Shown: positions 40,268-50,467 of the stretch, one piece after another
Layout of the letters: each line of letters starts with the position of its first letter
How positions within the stretch are numbered: position 1 is the stretch's first letter
NCBI GenBank assembly: GCA_963677485.1
Contig: OY781964.1
Coordinates: 2,272,001 to 2,336,000 of the forward strand
Length of the DNA: 64,000 nt
Source: Armatimonadota bacterium
GTDB taxonomy: Bacteria > Armatimonadota > HRBIN16
Direction of reading: 5' to 3'
Position numbers and translations under genes: made by a program
Notes under the pieces: model-generated
Databases searched by the model: none
Told to the model about the DNA's origin: nothing
What the model saw: the letters and a program-made list of their open reading frames with translations, nothing else

Positions 40268-41238
40268 CACTTGGCCTCTCCCGGCGCGTTGAGCGAGTGA
40301 AACGCCTCGCATATCCACTGATAATTCTGTTCGCTCATTCCCAGCGAGGAGTAGTCCTCAATGTAGCCGATAAATCCGCCGCCATTCACGCCTAGATTTT
40401 TCTTCAGCTTGTTTGCGTATGCGAATATCTCATCCTGCGTGCCGCTGATCGCCACCCGCTGGTGGTCGATGGAGCAGCAGAAGCAGACCCGTCCGCCGAA
40501 CCGCTCGCCGAGGGTTTCCACGCCCTGAAGGTCGGGCTGTAACAGCTCGATCACGTCCACGCCGACCTCGATCAGGTCTTCGATGATGTCAATCACCTGG
40601 CCGCAAGTGTGGAACCACACCTTCTTGCCGGCTTTGTGGATGAGCGCGAACTGCTCCTTATATCGCGGTTTGAACACCTTACGCCACACACTCGGTGAGA
40701 CAAGTAAACCTTGCTGCGTGCCCCAGTCGTCGCCGAACTTGAAGCAGTCCACGGGCAGTTTCGATGCCCGCTCGATGATGCCGTTCTCAAAGCCAAATAC
40801 GATGTCCAGCACCTTTTCGGCACGCTCCGGTTCATCGTAGAGGTCCATCATGAACTCTTCAAATCCGCGCAGGAATGTCGCCTGGTTGAAACCCGATATC
40901 CCCACTCCGAAGACCACATATTTGTCGTTGTGGGCTGCGATCTCCGCTGGAAGGTGCTCCATCCGGCCCTCGGCATAGGGGTCTGGCGGGATGTAGCTGG
41001 CGATGTTATCCCAGTTCTGCAGCGGATGCTCCGTGGGCTGTCCCATGGTTTGGTCAAGCACATGCCAGACGTAACCCCACTCCGTTTCGTTGTGCCGCGT
41101 GGGTGCGAATCCGCGTGCGCCCCAGAAGGAGACGACGTAGGTATCGGCCTGGTCTAGATCGCGGTTGCAGTGGTAGAACGGCACCCTCGGCGGGTTCGCG
41201 CGGTTGATGGCAAGCGTGACGAGTTGTTTGGAGTTCAT
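40267..41238 (-). CDS. Uroporphyrinogen-decarboxylase-family (MtaA/CmuA-like) protein
   Basis: EWGYVW, LRGFEEFMMDL, GDDWGTQ, FHTCG, GGGFI. Confidence 0.85.
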   Translation of the reverse strand: MNSKQLVTLAINRANPPRVPFYHCNRDLDQADTYVVSFWGARGFAPTRHNETEWGYVWHVLDQTMGQPTEHPLQNWDNIASYIPPDPYAEGRMEHLPAEIAAHNDKYVVFGVGISGFNQATFLRGFEEFMMDLYDEPERAEKVLDIVFGFENGIIERASKLPVDCFKFGDDWGTQQGLLVSPSVWRKVFKPRYKEQFALIHKAGKKVWFHTCGQVIDIIEDLIEVGVDVIELLQPDLQGVETLGERFGGRVCFCCSIDHQRVAISGTQDEIFAYANKLKKNLGVNGGGFIGYIEDYSSLGMSEQNYQWICEAFHSLNAPGEAK

Positions 41239-41342
41239 TGGTTTCCCCTGTGTGCAGTGTGCCAAATAGCGGCCCTCATTGGTGCAACTATACCACCGAC
41301 CGGGCCTCGGAGCAAGGGTGAACGACGTCGTGGCTAACCGCC

Positions 41343-41865
41343 AGACCGGCGCGGTTAGGGTAAACCGCCCCGGACATAGGCAATCAAGACCGGCGCGGTT
41401 AGGGTAAACCGCCCCGGACATCGGCAATTGGATGTATTTGGAGGCCATGAATGGCACTGTCCGGGGCGGTCTGACGGTTGGCTGGTTTATGAAGATGGCT
41501 TAAGACCGCGCCGGTCTGGCGGATAGCCTGAATCCACTTGTCCCGCATGGATCAAGACCGGCGCGGTTGGGGAAAACCGCCCCGGACATAGGTAATTAGT
41601 GGTTTCGGGAAGATATGAATGGCTATGTCCGGGGCGGTCTGGCGGTTGGCTGTTTTATGCAGATGGCTTAAGACCGCGCCGGTCTGGCGGATAGCCTGAA
41701 TCCACTTGTCCCGCATGGATCAAGACCGGCGCGGTTAGGGAAAACCGCCCCGGACTGTGGCAATCAAGACCGGCGCCGGTCAAATACCCTTTGCGCCTTT
41801 GCCTCATTGCGACTTTGCGTTGTGATACCGCCCTTCGTGTTCATTCGTGTGTATTCGTGGTTGCC
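41343..41865. repeat. Cluster of family A elements plus short tandem modules between divergent URO-D genes
   Basis: Repeated AGACCGGCGCGGTT(A/G)GGG.AAACCGCCCCGGAC; two full elements at ~41455-41592 and ~41621-41760. Confidence 0.85.
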
Positions 41866-41925
41866 AAACTTCTGGTCTGATAGCATATAACCAACACCTA
41901 ATTACCGCTGCAGAGGAGCAACACC

Positions 41926-42891
41926 ATGGCGTCAGATTTCGAAAACCGCATGAAATCCATGAGATGGCAAAAGCCTGAGTATATCCCCGTCTCGGTGGGC
42001 ATGGTGCCTGCTGTATGGGCGAAATACCGCGAGGAGCTGGATGCGCTTGTCAAGCACCACCCGATCCTGTTCGGCGACCAAAGCGCAGCCCGTAACTACG
42101 ATGAGGTTCACGGCACCTACGTGGCAGGCCACCATGTGGACGCCTGGGGTTGTGTGTGGCACAACGTGCATCAGGGCATGGAGGCCATCGTGAAGGAGCA
42201 CCCGGTGCCCACGCGCGCCGATGTGCATAGGCTCAAGGCCCCGGCTGTGGATGCGGGCTTTCCGCACGGGTTCATGTATCTGCGTCTGGGTGACCTGCGC
42301 GGGTTTGAGGAGATCATGCTGGACTTCGGCGAGGAACCGGAAGAGCTTCAGATGCTGATTGACATCGTGTGCAACTACCATGTGCGTCAGGCGGAGATCA
42401 TGTATTCGCATTTGGCGGTCGGCACGGAGATGGTCTATTTTGGCGATGACCTTGGTATGCAGCATGCGCTGCCCATCAGCCCCGCGAAATGGCGGAAATA
42501 CCTCAAACCAGCCTATGAGAAGATATACCGCATCTTCCGCGAGGCCGGCATCGCCATCTATATGCATACCGATGGGCATATCTTTGAGATCATCCCAGAC
42601 TTGGTGGACGTGGGCGTGACGGTGGTGAATCCCCAAATCCGGGCGAACGGCATCGATAATCTGGTGCGTGTCTGTAGGGGCAAGGTCTGCGTGGACCTCG
42701 ATCTGGACAGGCAGATGTTCCCCTTCTGCACGCCTGCCGATATTGACGAGCATGTGCATGAGTGCGTAGATAAGCTGGGCTCGCCAGAGGGCGGCCTTTG
42801 GCTGAAAGCGGAGATCAACGACGATTACCCGCTGGAGAACATCGAGGCGATATGTTGCGCACTGGAGAAATACAGGCTGTATTACTCGTAG
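41926..42891 (+). CDS. Uroporphyrinogen-decarboxylase-family protein
   Basis: DAWGCVW, LRGFEE, GDDLGMQ, MHTDG, DLDRQ, EGGL. Confidence 0.85.
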   Translation: MASDFENRMKSMRWQKPEYIPVSVGMVPAVWAKYREELDALVKHHPILFGDQSAARNYDEVHGTYVAGHHVDAWGCVWHNVHQGMEAIVKEHPVPTRADVHRLKAPAVDAGFPHGFMYLRLGDLRGFEEIMLDFGEEPEELQMLIDIVCNYHVRQAEIMYSHLAVGTEMVYFGDDLGMQHALPISPAKWRKYLKPAYEKIYRIFREAGIAIYMHTDGHIFEIIPDLVDVGVTVVNPQIRANGIDNLVRVCRGKVCVDLDLDRQMFPFCTPADIDEHVHECVDKLGSPEGGLWLKAEINDDYPLENIEAICCALEKYRLYYS

Positions 42892-42960
42892 CTTTCTGGC
42901 GAGATTACCACAATTGGTATATAGTGGTTTTAATGCTATAAATCTCTGAGAGGTAAACTG

Positions 42961-44037
42961 ATGAATAAGACAATATATCGCCTATCTATGCTCATGCTGG
43001 TGATGGTGAGCATCGCAAGTATCGCCGCGGCCAAACCGTCTCTGAAATGTACACCCGATGGAACCTTCAAGGTGCTGATGATGAGCGACCTGCAAGACGG
43101 CGCTCAGATGGATCCACGGACACTGGCTCTCTCTGAGAAGCTGTTGCAGATCGAGAAGCCTGATGTGGTGATCATCGGTGGCGACTGTATCGCCGGTTAC
43201 GATGGCTCCGTGCAGACACTCGAAAGCACCAAACAGGCGATGGCATGTGTGGCTCAGGTGTTCGAAAAGAACCGTGTGCCCTGGGCGGTGGTGTTGGGAA
43301 ATCACGACACCGAACATTCAGACAAGCTGGTATTCACCCGGCAGGATATGATCCGTACCTACATGGCCTACCCCAACAATGTCAACAAGCTGGGTCCGAA
43401 GGACATCCACGGCGCGGGTAATGACTGTCTCACCATTAAGGACAGCAAGGGCAAGAAGCCAGTGTTCAACCTGTGGCTGCTGGATTCGGGCATGTATGCC
43501 CCTGCTTCGGTGCAGGATTTTACCAAGAAGCTGACGGTCGGCCCAGACGAAAACCCCTGGCTACAGTATGAATGGATTCATACCGACCAAGTCTGGTGGT
43601 ATTACAAAACCTCACAGCAGATGGAAAAGCGGTATGGTGCGAAAATCCCAGGCCTGATGTACTTCCATATGCCCATCCGTGAGTTCATCGACGTGGTCAA
43701 GAACAAACTGGCGGTAGGCGACCGGTATGAGGGCATTGGCTGCAGTAGTGTCAACAGCGGCTTAATGGCCGCCATACAGGAACGTGGTGATGTTAAGGGC
43801 ATATTCTGCGGACACGAGCACGTGAATAACTTCGCCGGTGAGTGGATGGGCGTGATGTTGGGATACGACGCCTCCAACACCTACTCCAAGGCCTCCTACA
43901 ATCTGCCCGACACCGACCCGAACAACGTCCGCACCCGCGGGGCCCGTGTGTTTGTCATCAGCGAGAAAGACCCCTGGAATTTTAAGACCTGGATGCGCTT
44001 CAGTGACGGCACCCAGGGGCCTGTGTTGCCGAAGTAA
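42961..44037 (+). CDS. Secreted metallophosphoesterase (calcineurin-like, Dcr2/PAP-like)
   Basis: FK...SDLQ, GGD, GNHD, LDSG, FHMP, CGHEHVN, RGARV. Confidence 0.88.
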   Translation: MNKTIYRLSMLMLVMVSIASIAAAKPSLKCTPDGTFKVLMMSDLQDGAQMDPRTLALSEKLLQIEKPDVVIIGGDCIAGYDGSVQTLESTKQAMACVAQVFEKNRVPWAVVLGNHDTEHSDKLVFTRQDMIRTYMAYPNNVNKLGPKDIHGAGNDCLTIKDSKGKKPVFNLWLLDSGMYAPASVQDFTKKLTVGPDENPWLQYEWIHTDQVWWYYKTSQQMEKRYGAKIPGLMYFHMPIREFIDVVKNKLAVGDRYEGIGCSSVNSGLMAAIQERGDVKGIFCGHEHVNNFAGEWMGVMLGYDASNTYSKASYNLPDTDPNNVRTRGARVFVISEKDPWNFKTWMRFSDGTQGPVLPK

Positions 44038-44052
44038 TAGGATGAAATGAAT

Positions 44053-44725
44053 GGCTATGTCCGGGCGGTCTTACAGAAAGCTTGCATTTACGGAAGGCTC
44101 AAGACCGCGCCGGTCTGGCGGATAGCCTGAAACCCCTCGTCCCGCATGAAACAAGACCGGCGCGGTTAGGGGAAAACCGCCCCGGACATCGGCAATCAAG
44201 ACCGGCGCGGTTAGGGAAAACCGCCCCGGACATTGGCAATTAGTGGTTTCAGGAAGATATTAATGGCTATGTCCGGGGCGGTCTGACAGAAGGCCAGCGG
44301 GTGCAGAAGGCTTAAGACCGCGCCGGTCTGGCGGATAGCCTGAAATCTCTCGTCCCGCATGAAACAAGACCGGCGCGGTTAGGAGAAAACCGCCCCGGAC
44401 TTAGGCAATCAAGACCGGCGCGAAGGCAAACCGCCCTGGACATTGGCAAATAGTGGTTTCAGGAATATATGAATGGCTATGTCCGGGGCGGTCTGACAGA
44501 AGGCCAGCGGGTGCAGAAGGCTCAAGACCGCGCCGGTCTGGCGGATAGCCTGAAACCACTTGTCCCGCATGAAACAAGACCGGCGCGGTTGGGGAAAACC
44601 GCTCGGACTTAGGCAATCAAGACCGGCGCGGAAGGAAATAACCCCGCTGGTCATATACCCTTTGCGCCTTTGCACCATTGCGCCTTTGCGTTGGATTCTT
44701 CCCTTAGTGTCTATTCGTGGTGTCC
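44053..44725. repeat. Three tandem ~210-bp units of repeat family A plus CTTTGCG modules
   Basis: Units start GGCTATGTCCGGG(G)CGGTC at 44053, 44265 and 44474, with conserved internal sequence. Confidence 0.88.
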
Positions 44726-44878
44726 ATTCCACCCGAACTTGGGCAAATCGGAAATCGCACCGTTTGAGCACGAAATCAGAGACATATATGTACAAGTTTG
44801 CCACTTGACAAAGGCGTTTTGTATAATGCCTCTAGGATCAAAAGCCTATTTTTACAGGTATCCGTGGAGGAGTTCAGG

Positions 44879-47167
44879 TTGAACACACACATGCGGTGGT
44901 GGATCGTCATTGCTGTAGCCACCATTCTCGCCATTACTGGCGTCATCATTATGCCGTTCAAACAAGGTCTCGACCTTAAGGGCGGCGTTCGAGTTGTGCT
45001 TCAGGCACAGAAGGACCAGCTTCCGCCGGAGAAGCAGAAGACCTGGGGACCGGAGCAGATGCACCAGGTCGCGAGTATCGTGCGAAACCGCGTGGATGGT
45101 CTTGGCGTTGCCGAGCCCGTTATCACCGAACAGCTCGATAAAAACCGCATCGTGGTAGAGCTCCCCGGTGTTGTCAATGAGCTTGATGCGCTGCGCATCA
45201 TTCAAACCACTGCGCAGCTAGAGTTCCGTTACCTTCCCTCTGTCGTGACCGATCGTAACATGAGTGCCCGATATAAACTCAGCACTTTAAAAGATCGCAA
45301 CGGCAAAGAGGTGGTCGATGTTCTTGATACCATCGACAATAAGTTAGTGCCCGTCGCGGACTTCCTGAAGACGGATTCCCAGATGGTAGTCACCGGTGCC
45401 GATTTGGTATCGACTCGTGTCGAAGCAAGTCAGGCCGGCAAGCCTGAGGTGGCCTTCGAATTCAATGCCGATGGCGCACGCACGTTCGGTGAATTCACCC
45501 GAACCCACATCGGCGATATCCTGGCCATCGTGCTTGATAACCGCATTATCTCCGCGCCAGTGATTAACTCGGCGATTCTTGAAGGTAAGGGCGTGATTGA
45601 GGGCAGCTTTGATATGAAAGAGGCGGCGGAGCTGAGTAACCTGCTGAACAGCGGTTCTCTTCCTGTGCCACTTTCGATCATACAAACCAGCAAGATCGGT
45701 GCGACCATCGGTAAAGAAGCTGTACACCAGAGCTTGCTTGCCGGCATCGTGGGTCTGGGCTTAGTTTTGATATTTATGGTCAGCTTCTACTATGTGCCTG
45801 GTATCGTGGCATGTATTGCGCTGGCACTTTACACACTATTCAGCCTGGCTGTTTACAAGGCGATCGGGGCCACGTTCACTGTGCCCGGTATCGCCGCGTT
45901 CATTCTGTCTATTGGTATGGCAGTTGATGCCAACGTGCTGATATTTGAGCGCGTCAAAGAGGAACTGCGCCACGGCAAAACCATCAAGCAGTCCATTGAT
46001 GATGGCTTTAAGCGCGCCTTTTCCGCCATTCTAGACAGCAACATCTGCTCAATTATCACATGTATTATTTTGTGGAATATGGGCAACGGCTCCATCAAGG
46101 GTTTTGCTCTGATGCTGGGCCTGGGTGTGGTCATCTCGATGTTCACAGCCATCACCGTCACACGCACCATGCTGTGGACGCTGGTAGACATGAATATCGC
46201 CCACGACCCCAAGTATTTTGGTGCCAACCGCGGCATCAGGTTCAACGTTGATGTCATCAACAAGCGAAACATCTGGTTTGCGTTTTCGGGTGTGATCGTG
46301 GTGCTGGGGATTGCGTTCTATGCCATGCATGGCTTCAAACTGGGTGTTGACTTCACCGGTGGAAGCGAACTCTCCTTGAAATACACCAAAACTGTCACAG
46401 CAGGACAGGTGCAGGACAAGCTGAAGAGCATGGGATACAATGATGCCAGCGCGATTGTGAGCAGCGACGGCACCACTGTTTACGTGCGCAACAAAGAGAT
46501 GAACGCAGGCCAAAAAGAGACCATGAAGCAGGGTCTCGCTACCCTGGCGCCCAACAATGCCGCCAGCTTTGAGCAAGGCTTCGAGGAGGTCAGCGGACTG
46601 GTTTCCGGTGAGCAGACGAAGAGTGCCACGCTGGCTGTAGTATTGAGCTGGGCGTTGATCCTTCTCTACATCGCTATCCGGTTCGCTATCGGTGGTGTGA
46701 AGCAGGGCTTCAAGTTTGGTGCGGCGGCCATCATCGCCGTGTTGCATGACGTGTTTGTGCTATGCGGACTGTTCGCCATCATGGGCACCATCTCTGGGTG
46801 GCAGGTCGATTCGTTGTTCGTCACTGCGATGCTTACGCTGATCGGATTTAGCACCCACGATACCATCGTGGTGTTCGACCGTATCCGTGAGAACCTGCGG
46901 CATCAGTCGAAAGAGGAGCACTATGACGACTTGGTCAACCGCTCCATCAACGAAACGCTGGGCCGGTCGGTGAACACGTCCATGACGGTAGTGCTGACGC
47001 TGGTTGCTCTGTTGATTTTCGGCAGCCCTGTAACCAAATTGTTCAACATCGCGTTGATCGTTGGTATCATCACAGGAACCTATAGCTCTATCTTCAACGC
47101 ATCACCCATCGTGGTGGTGTGGGAGAAGATGGCTGCTGCCCGTGCAGCCAAGGTTAAAGGCGCGTAG
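44879..47167 (+). CDS. secDF: Protein translocase SecDF (fused)
   Basis: GLDLKGG, RVDGLGVAEP, AIVLD..IISAP, SGSLP, GMAVDANVLIFER, GVDFTGG, HD, DTIVVFDRIRE; TTG start after GGAGGA. Confidence 0.95.
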   Translation: MNTHMRWWIVIAVATILAITGVIIMPFKQGLDLKGGVRVVLQAQKDQLPPEKQKTWGPEQMHQVASIVRNRVDGLGVAEPVITEQLDKNRIVVELPGVVNELDALRIIQTTAQLEFRYLPSVVTDRNMSARYKLSTLKDRNGKEVVDVLDTIDNKLVPVADFLKTDSQMVVTGADLVSTRVEASQAGKPEVAFEFNADGARTFGEFTRTHIGDILAIVLDNRIISAPVINSAILEGKGVIEGSFDMKEAAELSNLLNSGSLPVPLSIIQTSKIGATIGKEAVHQSLLAGIVGLGLVLIFMVSFYYVPGIVACIALALYTLFSLAVYKAIGATFTVPGIAAFILSIGMAVDANVLIFERVKEELRHGKTIKQSIDDGFKRAFSAILDSNICSIITCIILWNMGNGSIKGFALMLGLGVVISMFTAITVTRTMLWTLVDMNIAHDPKYFGANRGIRFNVDVINKRNIWFAFSGVIVVLGIAFYAMHGFKLGVDFTGGSELSLKYTKTVTAGQVQDKLKSMGYNDASAIVSSDGTTVYVRNKEMNAGQKETMKQGLATLAPNNAASFEQGFEEVSGLVSGEQTKSATLAVVLSWALILLYIAIRFAIGGVKQGFKFGAAAIIAVLHDVFVLCGLFAIMGTISGWQVDSLFVTAMLTLIGFSTHDTIVVFDRIRENLRHQSKEEHYDDLVNRSINETLGRSVNTSMTVVLTLVALLIFGSPVTKLFNIALIVGIITGTYSSIFNASPIVVVWEKMAAARAAKVKGA

Positions 47168-47200
47168 TTTCCGCAGCGACCTTCGATATCCAGTAAAATA

Positions 47201-47229
47201 GAGAGGGCGGAGCAATGCTCCGCCCTCTC
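47201..47229. terminator. 14-bp perfect hairpin after secDF
   Basis: GAGAGGGCGGAGCA-A-TGCTCCGCCCTCTC; a T-tract follows only on the minus strand. Confidence 0.5.
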
Positions 47230-47267
47230 GCCGTTACCTATCTCTACCCCTGGGAGTTACCTGTTAA

Positions 47268-49001
47268 GTGCTTCAACCTATTATTTCGGCTAGATGGTGC
47301 ATCCGCAATGTAGACCTGTCCGCTGTGAACTCAATGGCATCCGAGCTGCATGTGCCTATGCTGACCGCCCGTGCCTTAGTCGGACGCGGTTTTGAGGATA
47401 TACACCAAGCCGAATGGTTTATGAAGCCGGAATGGGAGCACCTTCCCGACCCCATGCTGCTGCCCGATGCTCAGAAGGCGGTCGATCGGTTGAAATTGGC
47501 GATCGAGCGTAAGGAGAAAATCCTGGTTCATGGCGATTATGACGTGGACGGCATCACCGCCACTGCTTTGTGGGTAGACAGCCTGTCCAGACTAAAGGCT
47601 GAGGTGGTTCCGCGAATCCCGCACCGTAAGAAGGATGGGTATGGTATTAAGGTGGGCACCGTGAAGGAAGCCGCTAGTCGGAATGTCAAACTCATCCTCA
47701 CCTGTGACTGCGGCATCCACGCGCATGATGTGGTGGAGGCGGCGCGGCTGGCTGGTATTGATGTGATCATCACGGACCACCACGAACCTGGCAGTGAAAT
47801 ACCTAAAGCGGTGGCGGTGGTCAACCCGCATATCGCAGGTAGTCTGTATCCCTTTATACACCTGAGTGGGGTGGGGGTGACATACCGGCTGTGCGAGGCG
47901 CTGGTGGCCAGCCTTGGGTATCCGGTGCAGAGTTTCCGCGAACGCTACCTGGACCTGGTCACGCTGGGCACTGTGGCCGATGTGATGCCTCTGCTGGGTG
48001 ATAACCGCATCATCTGTCATCATGGCCTGGGTGCCATCTGCAACAGCAAACGGCCAGGAATCAAGGCCCTGCTCAAAGCAGCCCATTTGGACGTGCCTGA
48101 GCGCGGTGTGTGCGTGCGCAACGTGCAGTTTGCCCTCGCCCCGCGTATCAATGCGGTGGGGCGTATGGCCGACGCGCAGTTAGCCCTGGATTTGATGATT
48201 ACCGGCAGCGAGGAGCGCGCACAACGGCTGGCGGCCAAGTTGGAGAGCTGCAACAATGAACGTCGCGCTGAACAGGAAAAGGTGATGGAGCAGGCCCTGG
48301 CCATCGTTGAATCCGAATATACCGAGCAGGACCGTGTGCTGGCACTGCACAACGAGGACTGGGATAGCGGGATCATCGGTATCGTGGCAGGAAAACTTCT
48401 TGACCGTTATGGCCGTCCTACTATTATGATGACCAGGGAGGCCGGCAGCACATATTGGCGCGGCTCAGCGCGTAGCCTGGGCGGATTTGACATCATTGAG
48501 GCGTTCCGGCAGCACGGCCATCTGTTCGTCGAGTTTGGCGGACATACGCAAGCGGCTGGGTTCAGTATCAAGGAAGAAAATATCCCCCTGCTGCGGCAGC
48601 AGCTCAATGAGTATGCGGCCAGATTGATGCCCAGTGCTGAGTTGGCACCTGAGATATATTACGATGGGATAGCCGAGGGCGGGGAAATCGGAGCTGAACT
48701 GCTGAGCAGTCTGGAGCAGATGGAACCCTGCGGCGAAGGCAACCCGGAGACGCTGTTTATGCTGGCGAATGTGACACTTGTGGACAGCCGGAACCTGGGT
48801 CTTGAGAACCAGCATTGGAAGTTCCGCGTAAGCTCCGGCGGGCAGCAGCACGAGTGCATCGGGTTTTATCTGGGCGATCAGAGCGGACAGTTTGAAGTGG
48901 GCGACCAGCTCGATATCTTGTTCCACCCCGAATGGAACCACTTCAATGGTGAAGCGCGCATACAGATGCGTATCCGCGACGTGCGTCGTTGTGTAAACTG
49001 A
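47268..49001 (+). CDS. recJ: ssDNA-specific exonuclease RecJ
   Basis: HGDYDVDG, TCDCG, ITDHH, GTVADV, PRINAVGR, GSARS, GGH..AAG, EPCGEGNP. Confidence 0.95.
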   Translation: MLQPIISARWCIRNVDLSAVNSMASELHVPMLTARALVGRGFEDIHQAEWFMKPEWEHLPDPMLLPDAQKAVDRLKLAIERKEKILVHGDYDVDGITATALWVDSLSRLKAEVVPRIPHRKKDGYGIKVGTVKEAASRNVKLILTCDCGIHAHDVVEAARLAGIDVIITDHHEPGSEIPKAVAVVNPHIAGSLYPFIHLSGVGVTYRLCEALVASLGYPVQSFRERYLDLVTLGTVADVMPLLGDNRIICHHGLGAICNSKRPGIKALLKAAHLDVPERGVCVRNVQFALAPRINAVGRMADAQLALDLMITGSEERAQRLAAKLESCNNERRAEQEKVMEQALAIVESEYTEQDRVLALHNEDWDSGIIGIVAGKLLDRYGRPTIMMTREAGSTYWRGSARSLGGFDIIEAFRQHGHLFVEFGGHTQAAGFSIKEENIPLLRQQLNEYAARLMPSAELAPEIYYDGIAEGGEIGAELLSSLEQMEPCGEGNPETLFMLANVTLVDSRNLGLENQHWKFRVSSGGQQHECIGFYLGDQSGQFEVGDQLDILFHPEWNHFNGEARIQMRIRDVRRCVN

Positions 49002-49081
49002 TGATATTTCCGCCTGCGTATTGCACATTATAGGCAATATCGGGTATCCTTCATTCATAGTCGACTAAGGAGGCAGATATC

Positions 49082-49537
49082 GTGAAGCGAATTCTTATGC
49101 TGGCCATACTGGCCATATTCTGTGTAATGCCAATCACCGGTTGCGGTGGAGGCGAAGATGCCCTTGGCGTGAATTCTACCGTTGAAGTGTATGCCGAAAC
49201 GGATACTGTGGCCGATATGGCAGACATTGACGTGATCACTTCCCCACAGGAAGGCTGGTACGACGCTTGGGATGCCTGCAGTTATTATGCGACTGGGTTC
49301 GGATGCAACCGAGAATCCGTCGGATCTCGATACCTGAGCTATGGCTTCAGCACGCAAAGTGTCGCCTCATCGCGTCCGTATTATCTGTGGGTGGTCAATA
49401 ACAGCTCTCGATACATCAATGTGTATCTTGAAGTGAAGATGGACGGCACCGTCAAACGGTACGGAAATGTGCGAATCGCACCGAATACCGCCAGCCACCA
49501 GATGAACATCTATCGCAACAACGCGGACTGGTTCTAG
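49082..49537 (+). CDS. Hypothetical lipoprotein
   Basis: AAGGAGG RBS; lipobox ITGC. Confidence 0.7.
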   Translation: MKRILMLAILAIFCVMPITGCGGGEDALGVNSTVEVYAETDTVADMADIDVITSPQEGWYDAWDACSYYATGFGCNRESVGSRYLSYGFSTQSVASSRPYYLWVVNNSSRYINVYLEVKMDGTVKRYGNVRIAPNTASHQMNIYRNNADWF

Positions 49538-49686
49538 GATAGGTTATCCACAGATTACGCAGATTAACCGCGCCGGTACGCCAGTAACATAACAATTGCT
49601 GTGCAACCCATCTCCGGCGCGGTCTGACGGTAAGCTTTCGTCGGTAGAAGACTGTTCTTCCATGAAAACCATGAATAGACACGAAT

Positions 49687-49728
49687 GGGCGCTATCTGTT
49701 GATCATCAGCGTTGAGGATTATCATTAG
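49687..49728 (+). pseudogene. higB: C-terminal remnant of a HigB/RelE-like toxin
   Basis: Reads GRYLLIISVEDYH*, matching the ...DYH C-terminus typical of HigB toxins. It lies directly before higA, with an in-frame stop at 49672 inside repeat DNA. Confidence 0.6.
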
Positions 49729-49746
49729 CGACGATTGGAGGACCGT

Positions 49747-50109
49747 ATGACACTACATCGGGTACCGGCACAGATTACACCACCAGGACGCATCGTAGCA
49801 CGCGAACTGGAGGCGCGCGGCTGGACACAAAGGCACTTGGCTACCCTAATAGGACGTCCTGTGCAGGCCATCAACCAGATCGTAAAGGGTAGCAAGCAGA
49901 TCACGCCTGAAACGGCCTTGGTATTTGGTGAAGTTTTTGGTACCTCCGCAGAGTTTTGGGCGAATCTAGAGATGAACTATCGGCTGAATCTGGCCCGTCA
50001 GAAACAAAATGAATCGCTGAATGCAGGTATAGGGACATCTGACCAAAAAACGGATGATGGGTCATACCGGCGTTCACCGAGTCACAGGCAGTTGCTTCCG
50101 CGATCTTAG
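49747..50109 (+). CDS. higA: HigA-family HTH antitoxin
   Basis: PPG...ELEARGWTQ..LA..IGRP.Q.IN.I..G...ITPETA..FGTSAEFW.NL..Y. Confidence 0.88.
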   Translation: MTLHRVPAQITPPGRIVARELEARGWTQRHLATLIGRPVQAINQIVKGSKQITPETALVFGEVFGTSAEFWANLEMNYRLNLARQKQNESLNAGIGTSDQKTDDGSYRRSPSHRQLLPRS

Positions 50110-50467
50110 TGTGTAGCATAGCTGCAGATGACCGGTCTTCCATGAAAACCACGAATGCACACGAATAGACACGAATTGGGAAGGGCAATCCACAGATTAC
50201 GCAGATGACGCAGATGAGGTGGGTGCCTGCAACTGGCCCATCCGATTCATCCGCGGCTCAGGCATATGACGGGCCACCCTGGGAACGCCAATCTCCCGAT
50301 TGGCCTCTCCCCATCCGCGTCCATCCGTGTCCATCTGCGGTTCTGACAGATAACCAACCCACCAGCACTGCTTCGACGGGGTCGATCACCACGTAAACGG
50401 GGCAACATTACCGAAAGCCAGCATCAGCAGGGTAAAGCGTACCGCCCGCAGCAGCACGGATGTCCGT

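Noticed and set aside
40267-42891. hemE (heme biosynthesis) assignment
   Set aside because: Both lack the RQAGR motif of true UROD and belong to the broader methyltransferase-like family.
41343-44630. CRISPR array in the family A repeat clusters
   Set aside because: The sequences between repeats are themselves conserved and repeats occur in both orientations. There are no unique spacers and no cas genes.
44805-44827. Consensus TTGACA/TATAAT promoter for secDF
   Set aside because: The spacer is only 11 bp. TTGCCA-N18-TATAAT is possible but not well supported.
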